Positions 33,225-51,649 of a DNA stretch of 64,000 bases are shown here, one piece after another (position 1 is the stretch's first letter; each line of letters opens with the position of its first letter). The translations under genes were made by a program, and so were the position numbers. The DNA is from an uncultured delta proteobacterium. Its GTDB lineage: Bacteria > Myxococcota_A > Polyangia > Polyangiales > JAFGIB01. The notes under the pieces were generated by a model. That model had not been told where the DNA came from, searched no databases, and saw nothing but the letters and a program-made list of their open reading frames with translations. The stretch covers positions 1,152,001 to 1,216,000 of the forward strand of contig CAVZVA010000010.1 in the NCBI GenBank assembly GCA_963778655.1, read 5' to 3'.

Positions 33225-33463
33225 TGCTTTGCGCGTTCGCGATATCGGACCGTCTTCGCTATGGCCAAAGGGTCGTGGCGGGGGGCAGGTCCGTCCCGTC
33301 GGGTCGAGGCTTTCCGCAATCTTCCCGTCGGGCCCGCTCGGTCGTCGCGGCTCGGGCCCCTGAAGGGGTCCGGTCCAACGGTGGTCGCGCTTCTCTCCGC
33401 TTGCTTTGGACCGGCGGCAACCGGTTCTCGTTCTAGACACAGTCAACGGCAGGAGCCCCAGGC

Positions 33464-37615
<4,152 letters not shown>

Positions 37616-37618
37616 GCC

Positions 37619-41800
<4,182 letters not shown>

Positions 41801-41933
41801 GCGCTGGGCTCGGCGCGCGTGCCGCGCTCGGGACGCCGTGGAGCGTCCTCGGGCCGGGCGCGCGGGCGCCGCGTCCGACGTTGTGCGCGCGCTCGCTTGA
41901 CCGGCGCGGTCGCGGCGCGTTTGATCACGCGCG

Positions 41934-44213
41934 GTGAGCGCAGCCGAGACAGACCCGAGCTCCCCCGCGCGCCGCTGTCAGCGGGCAGCGCTGGCGGTGG
42001 TGGCGCTGGGGACGGCCTGCGCCATCCTCGCGACCTACAACGTCCAGTACCCGATCGCGCAGTGGCTGTTGTTGCGTGTCGCGGGCTACTGGGCGCTCAC
42101 GCTGTGCTGGGGCGTCGGCTGCCTGGCCGCGGGCGTCCAGCTCTTGGCGTGGGTCGCGCCGCCGCACTATCGCGTGGCGGAGCGCGTGTTCATAGGCTTC
42201 GCGCTGGGCGTGCTCGCGTTCGCGCTCGCAGTCTTCGGCTGTGGCCTGTTGGGCGGGCTCAACCTGGCCTTCTTCGTGCTCGCACCGCTTGTCTTCCTGC
42301 TCGCCGGCCTGCCCGAGCTGAAACGCCTGGCGCGCCGCTGGCGCGCGCTGTTGCCGCCCGCGGGCTGGAGGCCCGGCACGCTCGAGCTTGCGGCGCTGGT
42401 GTTCGGCGCGGTCGGCATGATGGCGGTCTATCTGCCGATCCTGACCCCGCACAACGTGCAGCACGACGCGCGCTGGTACCACCTCACGCTGGCGCAGCAA
42501 TACGCCTCGAGCGGCCGTGTCGCGCCCTTTGCCGAGGGCTGGTTCCTGGCCGCGTACCCCCACCTCGCGAGCCTGCTCTACGCGTGGGCGATGCTGCTGC
42601 CCGCGGGCATCGTGCACCGGATCGAGCTGTGCGCGCACCTGGAGCTGCTGGTGTTCGCGATGACGGTCGCGGCCACGCCCACGCTGCTACGGCGCGTGCT
42701 GCCCGGCGTGCGGCTGCCGCTTTCGTGGGCGGCCTTTTTTCTGTTTCCGGGCTTTCTGGTCTACGACTCCAACCTGTCGCTCGGGGCCGATCACATCGCG
42801 GCGGTGTTTGCCCCGGCCGGCTTGCTGGTGCTGTACGCGGCGCTCGGCACGCTGCGGCCGCGCCACTGCGCGCTGCTCGGTGCGCTGGCCGCGGGCGCGG
42901 CGCTCACCAAGTACTCCGCGCTGTGCGTCGCCGTGCCCTTGCTCGGCTTCGTGACGCTGCGCGCGGCCACGCGCCTGCGCGGCAAGCGTCGTTCGCGCCG
43001 CGCCTGGCTTGCGCCGCTGTCGCTGTGCGCGGCGTTCTTGCTCTTGTGGGCGCCGCACTGGCTCAAGAACTGGGTCTGGTACGGCGACCCGTTCTACCCG
43101 ATCTTGCACGCCTACCTGCCCGCTCATCCGTGGAGCCCGGAAGCGAGCGTGTACTTCAACCGGTTCGTGCAGCAGGCCGTGCTGCAACCCGCGCGCAGCC
43201 TCGCGGGCGTTCTGGAATCGCTGCGCGTGGCGCTGACGCTCGGCTTCCAGGTGCACGAGTACCTGTTCCACGGCTATATTCCGACCTTCGGCTTCCTGTT
43301 TGCCGCCACGCTCTACTGTCTGCCCTTCGTCGGCCCCGGCCGTCGCCTTCTGCTGCTCTACGGGCTCGGGCTGAGCGCAGCCCTGGTGTGGTACTGGACC
43401 AACCACCGCGATCGCTACCTGCAGGCGTGCCTACCCTGGTTGGTGGTCGCCGCGCTGGCCACCCTGGTGCTGGCCTGGCGCAAGCGCGGACTGGCAGGCC
43501 GCTTTGCGGCCGGCGCGCTGGTCGGCGCCCAGCTGCTGTGCGGGGCCGGCGCCCGCTTCATTCCCTCGTACACCATGATCCCCGGCCTGCATCCGCTGCC
43601 GCACGTCGTCAACATGATCGGCGCCGGCTACTTCAAGCGCTATGCCACGCGCTTTCAGCCCTATGAGGAGTGGGGCTTCAGCGCCTGGACCGCGGTCGGC
43701 GCCTTGCTGCCGCCGCACGCCAAGGTGCTGGTACACGAAGATCGCCTGTGGCTCGGGCTCGACGCGCCGGTGGTGACCGACGAAGCGGCGTGGCAAGGGG
43801 GCATCCACTACAGCCACTACACCAGCGCTGCTCAGCTCTATGACCTGCTCCACGGTTTGGGCGTCACCCACATCGTGACCGGCCAGAGTCACGAGGACAG
43901 CGGCGAGCAGGGCGTGGCCGGGCACCTCGTGTTCTGGGACTTTCTGTTCGCGCACTGCCGGCAGCTCGGTACGCGGGGCAAGCTCACGTTGTGGCAGATG
44001 CCACCCCGGCGTCCGCCCGCGCGCCCGCTGGGTTTGGTGCTGGTGGCGAGCTGCAGCTACGGCGTGCCCGGCGGCCTCTATGCGTTCGACCAGATCGGCC
44101 ACACCAAGCCGCGCGTGGCGCTGCCTGCGCCGCGACAGAATCGGCCGCGAAGCATTTGTGCAGGCCGATCTGGCTGCGCTCGAAGCGGGCTGCGGCTACA
44201 CCCTGACGCCTGA
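41934..44213 (+). CDS. Polytopic membrane protein, probable GT-C (ArnT/PMT-like) glycosyltransferase; C-terminus possibly frameshifted (true end 44277)
   Basis: Many TMs; DARWYHL and WLKNW..YGDPFYP motifs. Confidence 0.65.
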   Translation: MSAAETDPSSPARRCQRAALAVVALGTACAILATYNVQYPIAQWLLLRVAGYWALTLCWGVGCLAAGVQLLAWVAPPHYRVAERVFIGFALGVLAFALAVFGCGLLGGLNLAFFVLAPLVFLLAGLPELKRLARRWRALLPPAGWRPGTLELAALVFGAVGMMAVYLPILTPHNVQHDARWYHLTLAQQYASSGRVAPFAEGWFLAAYPHLASLLYAWAMLLPAGIVHRIELCAHLELLVFAMTVAATPTLLRRVLPGVRLPLSWAAFFLFPGFLVYDSNLSLGADHIAAVFAPAGLLVLYAALGTLRPRHCALLGALAAGAALTKYSALCVAVPLLGFVTLRAATRLRGKRRSRRAWLAPLSLCAAFLLLWAPHWLKNWVWYGDPFYPILHAYLPAHPWSPEASVYFNRFVQQAVLQPARSLAGVLESLRVALTLGFQVHEYLFHGYIPTFGFLFAATLYCLPFVGPGRRLLLLYGLGLSAALVWYWTNHRDRYLQACLPWLVVAALATLVLAWRKRGLAGRFAAGALVGAQLLCGAGARFIPSYTMIPGLHPLPHVVNMIGAGYFKRYATRFQPYEEWGFSAWTAVGALLPPHAKVLVHEDRLWLGLDAPVVTDEAAWQGGIHYSHYTSAAQLYDLLHGLGVTHIVTGQSHEDSGEQGVAGHLVFWDFLFAHCRQLGTRGKLTLWQMPPRRPPARPLGLVLVASCSYGVPGGLYAFDQIGHTKPRVALPAPRQNRPRSICAGRSGCARSGLRLHPDA

Positions 44214-44280
44214 CGCGCTCGCGGGCTTCACCATCATGACGCAGCGCGGCCGGCTCGGCTTGTGGCGCCGCCGCTAAAAT

Positions 44281-45636
44281 CTAGCGCCTGCGCCGCGGGC
44301 GGATGATTTCGAGCACCAGCGGCCGGCGTGGCGGCGGCTTGGGCCCGATTCTGTAGGCCGCGAGCAGCGCGGCGCGAGCCGCGGCCAGCTGCGCCCCGCG
44401 CCGCAGGTGCAGCTCTGCCAAGGGCTCGCCGCGCCTGACCCGCTCGCCTGGCTTCTTGTGCAGCACCACGCCCACCGCTGGATCGATCGGCTGGTCGGCG
44501 CGCGTGCGTCCCGCGCCCAGGCGCAGCGCGACCTCGGCCACCGCCCGCGCATCGAGGTCGCGCACGAAGCCGCCGCGCGCGGCCTCGAGCCGTGCCACGC
44601 GCTCGGCCCGCGGCAGGCGATCAGGCTCGCTCACCACGCGCGGGTCGCCGCCTTGGGCGCGCACCAGCGCCTCCATCTTGGCGCACGCCGCGCCGCTGCG
44701 AATGGCGGCCTGCAGGCGCCGCTCGGCCGCGAGCGGGCTGCGCTCGAGGCCGCCGGCCAGCAGCATCTGCACGCCCAGCACCTGCGTGCACTCGAGCAGA
44801 TCGTCGGGGCCGGCGCCGCGCAGCAGCGCGAACGCTTCCGCCGTCTCGAGCGCGTTGCCCACGGCCCGCCCGAGCGGGCTGTCCATGCGCGTGAGCACCG
44901 CGGTGGTCGGCAGGCCCGCGGCCGCACCCACGCGCACGATCGAGCGCGCCAGCGCGCGCGCCTGGGGCAGAGCGCGCATGAACGCGCCCCGACCGACCTT
45001 GACGTCGAGCACCAGCGCGTCGAGATCCTCGCACAGCTTCTTCGAGAGGATGCTGGCGGTGATCAGCGGGATCGACTCGACCGTCGCGGTGACGTCGCGC
45101 AGCGCGTACAGCCTGCGGTCGGCAGGCGCGAGATCGGCGGTCTGGCCACCCAGCGCGAAGCCGTGAGCGATTACCAGCTGCTCGAAGCGCCGCAGCGAGA
45201 GCTGGACCCGAAAGCCCGGTATGGCCTCCAGCTTGTCGAGCGTGCCGCCGGTGTGGCCGAGACCGCGGCCGCTGATCATCGGCACCCGCAGCCCGCAGGC
45301 GGCCGCGATGGGCGCCAGGCAAATCGACACCTTGTCGCCCACCCCGCCGGTCGAGTGCTTGTCGACCTTGGGCCCGCCGGCGCGCCGCAGGCTCGCCCTG
45401 CGTCCGCTGTCGCGCATCGCCAGCGTGAGCGCCGCCGTCTCGGCCGGCGTCATCCCGCGCAGGAACACCGCCATCGCGAACGCGCTCATCTGGTAGTCGG
45501 CGACGCGGCCGGCGGTGAAGCCCTCGATCAGCCAGGCGATCGCGGCGCTCGGCAGCACGCCGCCGTCGCGCTTGCGCGCGATCAACGCGGGCGCAGTGTA
45601 GGGCGCGGCAGCTTCGGCGGTCGGCTTGCGCGTCAT
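44281..45636 (-). CDS. deoA: Thymidine/pyrimidine-nucleoside phosphorylase
   Basis: DKHSTGGVGDK, SGRGLGHTGGT, SILSKK. Confidence 0.95.
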   Translation of the reverse strand: MTRKPTAEAAAPYTAPALIARKRDGGVLPSAAIAWLIEGFTAGRVADYQMSAFAMAVFLRGMTPAETAALTLAMRDSGRRASLRRAGGPKVDKHSTGGVGDKVSICLAPIAAACGLRVPMISGRGLGHTGGTLDKLEAIPGFRVQLSLRRFEQLVIAHGFALGGQTADLAPADRRLYALRDVTATVESIPLITASILSKKLCEDLDALVLDVKVGRGAFMRALPQARALARSIVRVGAAAGLPTTAVLTRMDSPLGRAVGNALETAEAFALLRGAGPDDLLECTQVLGVQMLLAGGLERSPLAAERRLQAAIRSGAACAKMEALVRAQGGDPRVVSEPDRLPRAERVARLEAARGGFVRDLDARAVAEVALRLGAGRTRADQPIDPAVGVVLHKKPGERVRRGEPLAELHLRRGAQLAAARAALLAAYRIGPKPPPRRPLVLEIIRPRRRR

Positions 45637-48011
45637 CGCCGCTTCTTGCGCCGCCCGTCCTCGCGTCCGCGCGCCGGCTTGGGCGTGCTCGAACGCCGGC
45701 CTCGCGCCGCGCCCGGCTGAGGCCGCCCGCTCGCGCGCGCACCGCCGCCGCGCTTGCCCGGCTCCGGCCCGGGGGGCGCCACCGAGGGCACCTCCGCCGG
45801 CACCGCCAGCACCTTGCGCTGCGCGACCGACACGTCTTCGATCCGCAGCCGCACCCGATCGCCGAGCGCGTAGACCCGGCCGCCCAGCGCGCCGCGCAGG
45901 CGCACGCCGTGGGCGTCCAGCTCGTAGCGGTCGCGCGGCAGCGCCGCGGCGCGGCACAGCACATCCACGAACGGCGCATCCAGCGTGGCGTAAAAGCCGT
46001 GCTCGCTCACGCCGCTGATGGTGGCGTCGAAGGTCTCGCCCACCTGGTCGCGCAGCAGGTACGCACCGTACAGGTCGACCACCTCGCGCTCGATCGCCAT
46101 CGATCGCCGCTCGCGCTGGCTCGACTGCAGCGCCTGCATGCGCAGGCGCTCGGTCAAGCCGCGGGTGTTGACGCGCTCGCCGCGCGCCAGTTTGCGCACG
46201 ATGCGGTGCACCGCCAGATCGGGATAGCGGCGGATCGGCGAGGTGAAGTGCGTGTAGTGTTCCGCGGCCAGCCCGAAATGGCCAATGTTCACCGTGTCAT
46301 AGGTCGCCTGCTGCATCGCGCGCAGCAGCAGGTAGCCGAGCGCGGTGGCGTGCGGGGTGCCCTGCACGCGCATCAGGAAGTGCGCCAGCTTCTGGGGCTT
46401 CTCGGCCACGTCCGCGCTGAGCTCGAAGCCGAGTGCCTGCGCCAGCGCACAGAAGGTCTCGATCCGCTCGGGGTCGGGCGCGCCGTGGACGCGGTAGATC
46501 GCCGGCAGCCCGCGGTCGCTGAGCTCGGCCGCGACCACCTCGTTGGCCAGCAGCATCATCTCTTCGATCATGTTGTAGGCGCGCGCCACGCCGGGATCGC
46601 GGCGCGAGCGCTCCACGTCGGTCGGCTGGCCGGTCTCGTCGTCCACCCGCACCTTGGCTTCCGGCAGCTCGAACTCGAGCGAGCCGCGCATCCGCCGCAG
46701 CTCGCGCCGCAGCTTGGCCACCTCGAGCAGCACGCTGAGCTCGGCCAGATGCGCTTCGGCCTCGGCCTGGGCAGGGCCGTGCACGGTCAGGCCCAGCGCG
46801 TGCGCCACCGCCTCGTAGGTCAGGTTGGCCGCCGAGCGCATCACACCCTCGATCAGCCGGTGCCCGCGTTCCATGCCGCGGCCGTCCAGCTCGATCTCGA
46901 CCGCGAGCGTGAGCCGGTCGCGCTTGGGCAGCAGCGAGGCCAGGTTGCTCGACAGCTCCGGCGGCAGCATGGGGATGGCCCGCGTGGGCAGATAGATAGT
47001 GCAGCCGCGCTCCAGCGCCGCCCGGTCGAGCGCGCTGTCCTCCGGGACGTAGTGCGAGACATCGGCGATCGCCACCAGCACCCGGTAGCCGCCCCCCGGC
47101 AGCCGCTCGGCCCAGACCGCGTCGTCGTGATCGCGTGCGTCCGCCGGATCGATGGTCAGCAGCGGGATCGCGCGCAGGTCCTCGCGGCCGCGCCGGTCGC
47201 GCGCGGTGATGGCGTGGGGCAGCGCTGCTGCCTCGGCCTGCACGTCGGCGGCGTGCGCGTCCTCGACACCCTCGCGCAGCAAGATCCGCCGAATCTCGTA
47301 CTGCACGAACGCCTCGGGCTCGAAGGTCTCGACGATCTTGACCAGCAGCGGCTCGCCCTCGCGCTCGGGAAAGCCGATCACCTGCGCGATCGCGCCCATG
47401 CCCGTGCGCGCCTGCTCCGGGAGCTTGCCCTTGATCTGGATCGGCATGCGCATCCGCTCGTCGTCGGGCTGCAGGCTCGCGCCCTGCGCTGAGAGGTGAA
47501 GCTGGCCGCCTATGTAGCGCACCGCCCGCTCCAGCACCGCGACCACCCGGCCGTCGAGCCCCTTGGGGCTCGGCTTGGCGCGCACCCGCACGCGGTCGCC
47601 GTGCATCGCCGAGCCGAGGTAGCCCGGGGGCACGAACACATCGGGCCCGGGCTCTGCCGTGACCACGAAGCCGAAGCCGCGCGCGTTGAGCGTGAGCACG
47701 CCCTCGAGCTCACCGCCGCGCGTGCGACGCCGCGGGCTGGCCTCTCCGCCGCCGGCTGCCGGCGCTGCCGCGCCGGCCCGCGTCCGGGGGGTGGCGGGCT
47801 GCGCGCGGTAGCGGTCGCCCGGGAGCTTGGTCAGCATGCCGAGCGCCGCCAGCCGCTCCAGCAGCTGCAGCACCTGGGCGTGGTGCGTGCGGTCGAGCCC
47901 GGCCCGACCGCGGATCTCGGAGGCATGCAGCGCGCGCGTGCTGCGCTTGCGCAGAGTGGCCAAGATGCGGGCTTCGAGCTTCGAATCCGCGTGGCTTTCG
48001 CGTGGCTTCAT
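45633..48011 (-). CDS. rnr: Ribonuclease R
   Basis: N-terminal HTH and cold-shock domain; TIDPADARDHDDA; HFTSPIRRYPD; S1; basic tail. Confidence 0.95.
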   Translation of the reverse strand: MKPRESHADSKLEARILATLRKRSTRALHASEIRGRAGLDRTHHAQVLQLLERLAALGMLTKLPGDRYRAQPATPRTRAGAAAPAAGGGEASPRRRTRGGELEGVLTLNARGFGFVVTAEPGPDVFVPPGYLGSAMHGDRVRVRAKPSPKGLDGRVVAVLERAVRYIGGQLHLSAQGASLQPDDERMRMPIQIKGKLPEQARTGMGAIAQVIGFPEREGEPLLVKIVETFEPEAFVQYEIRRILLREGVEDAHAADVQAEAAALPHAITARDRRGREDLRAIPLLTIDPADARDHDDAVWAERLPGGGYRVLVAIADVSHYVPEDSALDRAALERGCTIYLPTRAIPMLPPELSSNLASLLPKRDRLTLAVEIELDGRGMERGHRLIEGVMRSAANLTYEAVAHALGLTVHGPAQAEAEAHLAELSVLLEVAKLRRELRRMRGSLEFELPEAKVRVDDETGQPTDVERSRRDPGVARAYNMIEEMMLLANEVVAAELSDRGLPAIYRVHGAPDPERIETFCALAQALGFELSADVAEKPQKLAHFLMRVQGTPHATALGYLLLRAMQQATYDTVNIGHFGLAAEHYTHFTSPIRRYPDLAVHRIVRKLARGERVNTRGLTERLRMQALQSSQRERRSMAIEREVVDLYGAYLLRDQVGETFDATISGVSEHGFYATLDAPFVDVLCRAAALPRDRYELDAHGVRLRGALGGRVYALGDRVRLRIEDVSVAQRKVLAVPAEVPSVAPPGPEPGKRGGGARASGRPQPGAARGRRSSTPKPARGREDGRRKKRR

Positions 48012-48155
48012 CAGGGTTGCTGCGGGCGGCCCGCGCCGGCCGCGCGGCCTGCGCGGCGGCGCTCTTCGCGCGTCGCGGCTCTGTCTGCGCCCGCAGCATA
48101 CAGCCAACTGCGGCCCGCGTCTGCCGCGCGTGTCATCGTCACGGCACGGACGTGC

Positions 48156-50327
48156 TCAGGCGCCGGAGCTCGGCAGCAGCGGTTCGAGCTCGCACGCCGG
48201 CAGCGGGCGACCGAACAGAAAGCCCTGGGCCTGGTCGCAGCCGAGCGCGCACAGCGCGGCGTTCTGGCGCTCGTTTTCGACGCCTTCGGCGACCACTTCG
48301 AGCTTGAGGCTGTGCGCCATCGCGACGATCGCGGCGACGACGTCGCCGCCATCCCGATCGTCGTCCAGTCCCTGAACCAGCGAGCGGTCGATCTTGACCG
48401 AGGCGCAGCCCAGCCGCCGCAGCTGCCTGACCGAGCAGTAGCCGGTGCCGAAGTCGTCGATCGACAGCGACGCTCCGGTCGACCTGATCTCCTCGAGCAC
48501 CCCGCTCAGGCGCCCGGATGCGTCGATCAACAAGCCCTCGTCGATCTCCAGCTTCAAGTGTCCGGGATCGAAACCGGTGTCGCGCAGCACGCGGGCGATC
48601 TGCTCTCCCAGCCCCTGCTGCCCGAGCTGGATCGCGGAAAGATTGACCGCGAGATCCAACGCCGGGGCGCCGGCCGCCCGCCACGCCTGCATCTGCGCGC
48701 ACGCGGTCTGCAACACCCAGGCCCCCAACGCCGCGATCAGCCCCGCTTGCTCGGCCAGCGGTACGAAGGCGGCAGGCGGCAGCAGGCCGCGGGTCGCGTG
48801 CGGCCAGCGCACCAGGGCCTCCCAGCCGACCGGGCGCCCGCCCTCGAGCGCGACGATCGGCTGGTAGTGGAGCACGAGCTCGTTCTGGGCCAGGGCGCGC
48901 TGCAAGTCGCGCTCGAGATCGAGCAACTCGAGCGAGGCGGCGCGCATCGTGGCATCGAAAGTCACGCAGCGGCCCGGCCCGAGCGCCTTGGCGCGGTACA
49001 TCGCGGCGTCGGCGTCGCGCAACAGCGCGTCCACGTTCTCGCCTGCGCCCGTGCCCAGCGCGACGCCGATGCTGGTGGTGGCGGCGAGCTCGCGCCCGTC
49101 GACCACGAACGCGCCCGCCATGCTGCCGAGGATTCGCTCCGCCACTTGAGTGGCGTGCTCGCGGGCGCCCAGGTGCTCGAGCAGAATCGCGAACTCGTCG
49201 CCGCCGAAGCGCGCCATGGTGTCGCCGGGGCGGATCACGCGCTCGAGCCTGCGGGCGAAGGCGCACAGCAGCTTGTCGCCGGTCTCGTGACCGAGCGAGT
49301 CGTTGACCCGCTTGAAGCCGTCGACGTCGAGAAACAGCAGGGCGAATAGCGAGCCGCCCTGGCGCTCCCTGGCGCGGATCGCCTTGGCCAAGCGGTCCTC
49401 GAACAGCGCGCGGTTGGGCAGCGAGGTCAGACGGTCGTAATAAGCGTCGCGCAGCAACGCCTGTTCGGCGAGCTTGCGCGCGTCGATGTCGGTGGCCGTG
49501 CCGAACCAGCGGACGATGCGCCCGCTTTCGTCCCGCACCGGCAGCGCGCGGCATAGATGCCAGCGATACCCACCACTGCGGTCCGCGAAACGGCATTCGA
49601 CCTCGAACACGGAGCCCGAGCCGACCGCCGCGTGGTAGCGACTCATCGTCTCGTCGACGTCATCCGGATGCAGCATCGAGCGCCACTCGCCGACGCCCAC
49701 CGCACGGCCCACGCTCGCAGCGAAGTCGTACCAGCGCTGGTTGAAGTAGTCGATGGTGCCATCGGCGCGCGCGGCCCACACGATTTGCGGCAGCGCGTCT
49801 GCGAGCCGGCTGAGCTGCTCGGCGCTCGCCCGCACCGCTTGCCCGGCGTCGCGCCGCGCCTTGCGCTGCGCGGCTTCGTCGAGCGCGCGCTCAACCGCGG
49901 AAGGCAGTCGCGATAGGTGATCCTTGAGCACGTAGTCCGTGGCACCAGCGCGTAGCATCTCGACCGCGCGTTCTTCGCCGATCGTTCCCGAGACCACGAT
50001 GAAGGGGATCTCGGCGCTGCTGGCGCGCAGCAGCGACAGCGCCCTGCCGCTGTCGAACAGCGGCAGGCTGCTATCGGACAGCACCAGATCAGGACGCATC
50101 TCGTCCAGCGCGCCCACGAACGCGGGCTCGCTTTGCACGCGTTCGAGCGTGAAGCGCAGCCCCGCGCGGGTAAGCTCGCGTGCGATCAACAGCGCGTCAT
50201 CGCTGTTGTCCTCGAGGTGGAGGATGCGGATCGGAGCGCCCGAACCGGCGAGCGCATGCGTGTCCGAGCTTGTGACCTGCGGTGCAAGCAGCTCGAAAGC
50301 AGGCTGGGCCGGGACTGGATTCGTCAT
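48156..50327 (-). CDS. REC-PAS-GGDEF-EAL c-di-GMP enzyme
   Basis: LHLED receiver; PAS/PAC; RPGD I-site plus GGDEF; EAL; DDFGTG; EGVE; GGAGA RBS. Confidence 0.93.
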   Translation of the reverse strand: MTNPVPAQPAFELLAPQVTSSDTHALAGSGAPIRILHLEDNSDDALLIARELTRAGLRFTLERVQSEPAFVGALDEMRPDLVLSDSSLPLFDSGRALSLLRASSAEIPFIVVSGTIGEERAVEMLRAGATDYVLKDHLSRLPSAVERALDEAAQRKARRDAGQAVRASAEQLSRLADALPQIVWAARADGTIDYFNQRWYDFAASVGRAVGVGEWRSMLHPDDVDETMSRYHAAVGSGSVFEVECRFADRSGGYRWHLCRALPVRDESGRIVRWFGTATDIDARKLAEQALLRDAYYDRLTSLPNRALFEDRLAKAIRARERQGGSLFALLFLDVDGFKRVNDSLGHETGDKLLCAFARRLERVIRPGDTMARFGGDEFAILLEHLGAREHATQVAERILGSMAGAFVVDGRELAATTSIGVALGTGAGENVDALLRDADAAMYRAKALGPGRCVTFDATMRAASLELLDLERDLQRALAQNELVLHYQPIVALEGGRPVGWEALVRWPHATRGLLPPAAFVPLAEQAGLIAALGAWVLQTACAQMQAWRAAGAPALDLAVNLSAIQLGQQGLGEQIARVLRDTGFDPGHLKLEIDEGLLIDASGRLSGVLEEIRSTGASLSIDDFGTGYCSVRQLRRLGCASVKIDRSLVQGLDDDRDGGDVVAAIVAMAHSLKLEVVAEGVENERQNAALCALGCDQAQGFLFGRPLPACELEPLLPSSGA

Positions 50328-50512
50328 CTTCTCCACAAAGCTCGCCGAGTTGGACAATGTTAACATAATAGTTTGTTTCAAGTGTCACAGCGGATGATTG
50401 CAACGGAGAGTTTCGTCCAGATGGAACTGCCAGCAGGTGCTGTGGCCCGGGTTTCCCTGTGGATAGCTAGCCAACCTAGGCCATACCTTGGCTGCGACCG
50501 CGGTGCCGGCGG

Positions 50513-51631
50513 GTGAGCACCGCTCCCGAGCCGGCGGCCGGGCGCGCGCGCTTGCCGGGCGTGGATCTCGCCCGAGCGCTCGCGCTGCTGGCCATGCTCG
50601 ATGCGCACGCCTACGACGGCTGGGTGCGCAGTGGCGCGCGCACCGGTCCAGCGTTCGCGCTCACGCGTGCGGTCGCCACGCTCGCGCTGCCGGCGTTTCT
50701 GCTGCTCGCGGGCGTCTCGCTCGCGCTGCGCGCCCACGGCGCCGCGGCACGCGGGGAGCCATTGGCGCGCGTGCGGCGCGGCCTGGTCATGCGCGGCGCG
50801 CGGCTCGTGCTCGCCGGCTACGCGCTGAGCGCGGGCTGTGCCGTGCTCGATGGCGGCCTGCGTCTCGACACCGTGCTGCGGGCCGACGTGCTGCACGCGA
50901 TCGGGCTGTCGCTCGCGCTGCTGGCCGGCCTCGGCCTGCGCGAGCCGCGTGCTGGCGACAACGGGCTGCGCTCGCTCGCTCGGGCCGCGGCGGTACTCGG
51001 CTTGCTCGCGTGGCTTTCGTGTCCGTGGCTGAGCCGGCTCGGGGGCCGGCTCGGCGGCCCCGTGCGCTACGCCGCCGCGCTCTTCATCGACGTGCCGGGC
51101 GTGACGCGCATGCCGGTCGTGCCCCTGCTGGCCTGGGCCAGCGCCGGCGTGCTGCTCGGGCTTTCGCTGGCGCGCCTGCACGGCGATACGACGCGGGTGC
51201 AGGGCTGGGCGCTGCGCGCCGGGCTGCCGTCCGGCCTGCTCGCGTGCGCGCTCGGCGCGGGCGCGCAAAGCCTGCTCGGCGCGTCGCTCGCGCTCGTCCC
51301 GGCGCGCACCAATGTCGGCATCTACCCCAATGCGCTCGAGCTGGGCGGCCGCGCGCTGCTGCTGCTGGTCGTCGCGACCTGGCTCGCGCCGCGACTGGGG
51401 CCGCGGCTGCGCGCGCCGCTGTTGGCGATGGGACGCCACTCGTTGCTGCTCTACGTCGCGCACTTGCCGTTCTGCTATGGTCGGTTAGCGCGACCTTTTG
51501 CCCGCGCGCTGAGCTTGCCGCAGGCCTCGCTGGGTGTGCTGCTGCTGCTGTTCGCCTGCGCGGCGCTGGCGCTCGGCCTGGAGCGCGCGCGCCGCGTCCG
51601 GGCGGCGCGCCCGGCTCGATTGCTCGCATAG
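50513..51631 (+). CDS. DUF1624/HGSNAT-like membrane acyltransferase family protein
   Basis: RLPGVDLARALALLAM..H; DVLHAIG; MGRHSLLLYVAH. Confidence 0.75.
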   Translation: MSTAPEPAAGRARLPGVDLARALALLAMLDAHAYDGWVRSGARTGPAFALTRAVATLALPAFLLLAGVSLALRAHGAAARGEPLARVRRGLVMRGARLVLAGYALSAGCAVLDGGLRLDTVLRADVLHAIGLSLALLAGLGLREPRAGDNGLRSLARAAAVLGLLAWLSCPWLSRLGGRLGGPVRYAAALFIDVPGVTRMPVVPLLAWASAGVLLGLSLARLHGDTTRVQGWALRAGLPSGLLACALGAGAQSLLGASLALVPARTNVGIYPNALELGGRALLLLVVATWLAPRLGPRLRAPLLAMGRHSLLLYVAHLPFCYGRLARPFARALSLPQASLGVLLLLFACAALALGLERARRVRAARPARLLA

Positions 51632-51649
51632 CAGGCCGATCTCGAGATC

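Noticed and set aside
50328..50512. c-di-GMP riboswitch upstream of the GGDEF-EAL gene
   Set aside because: Could not match the GEMM consensus by eye; an Infernal search would be needed
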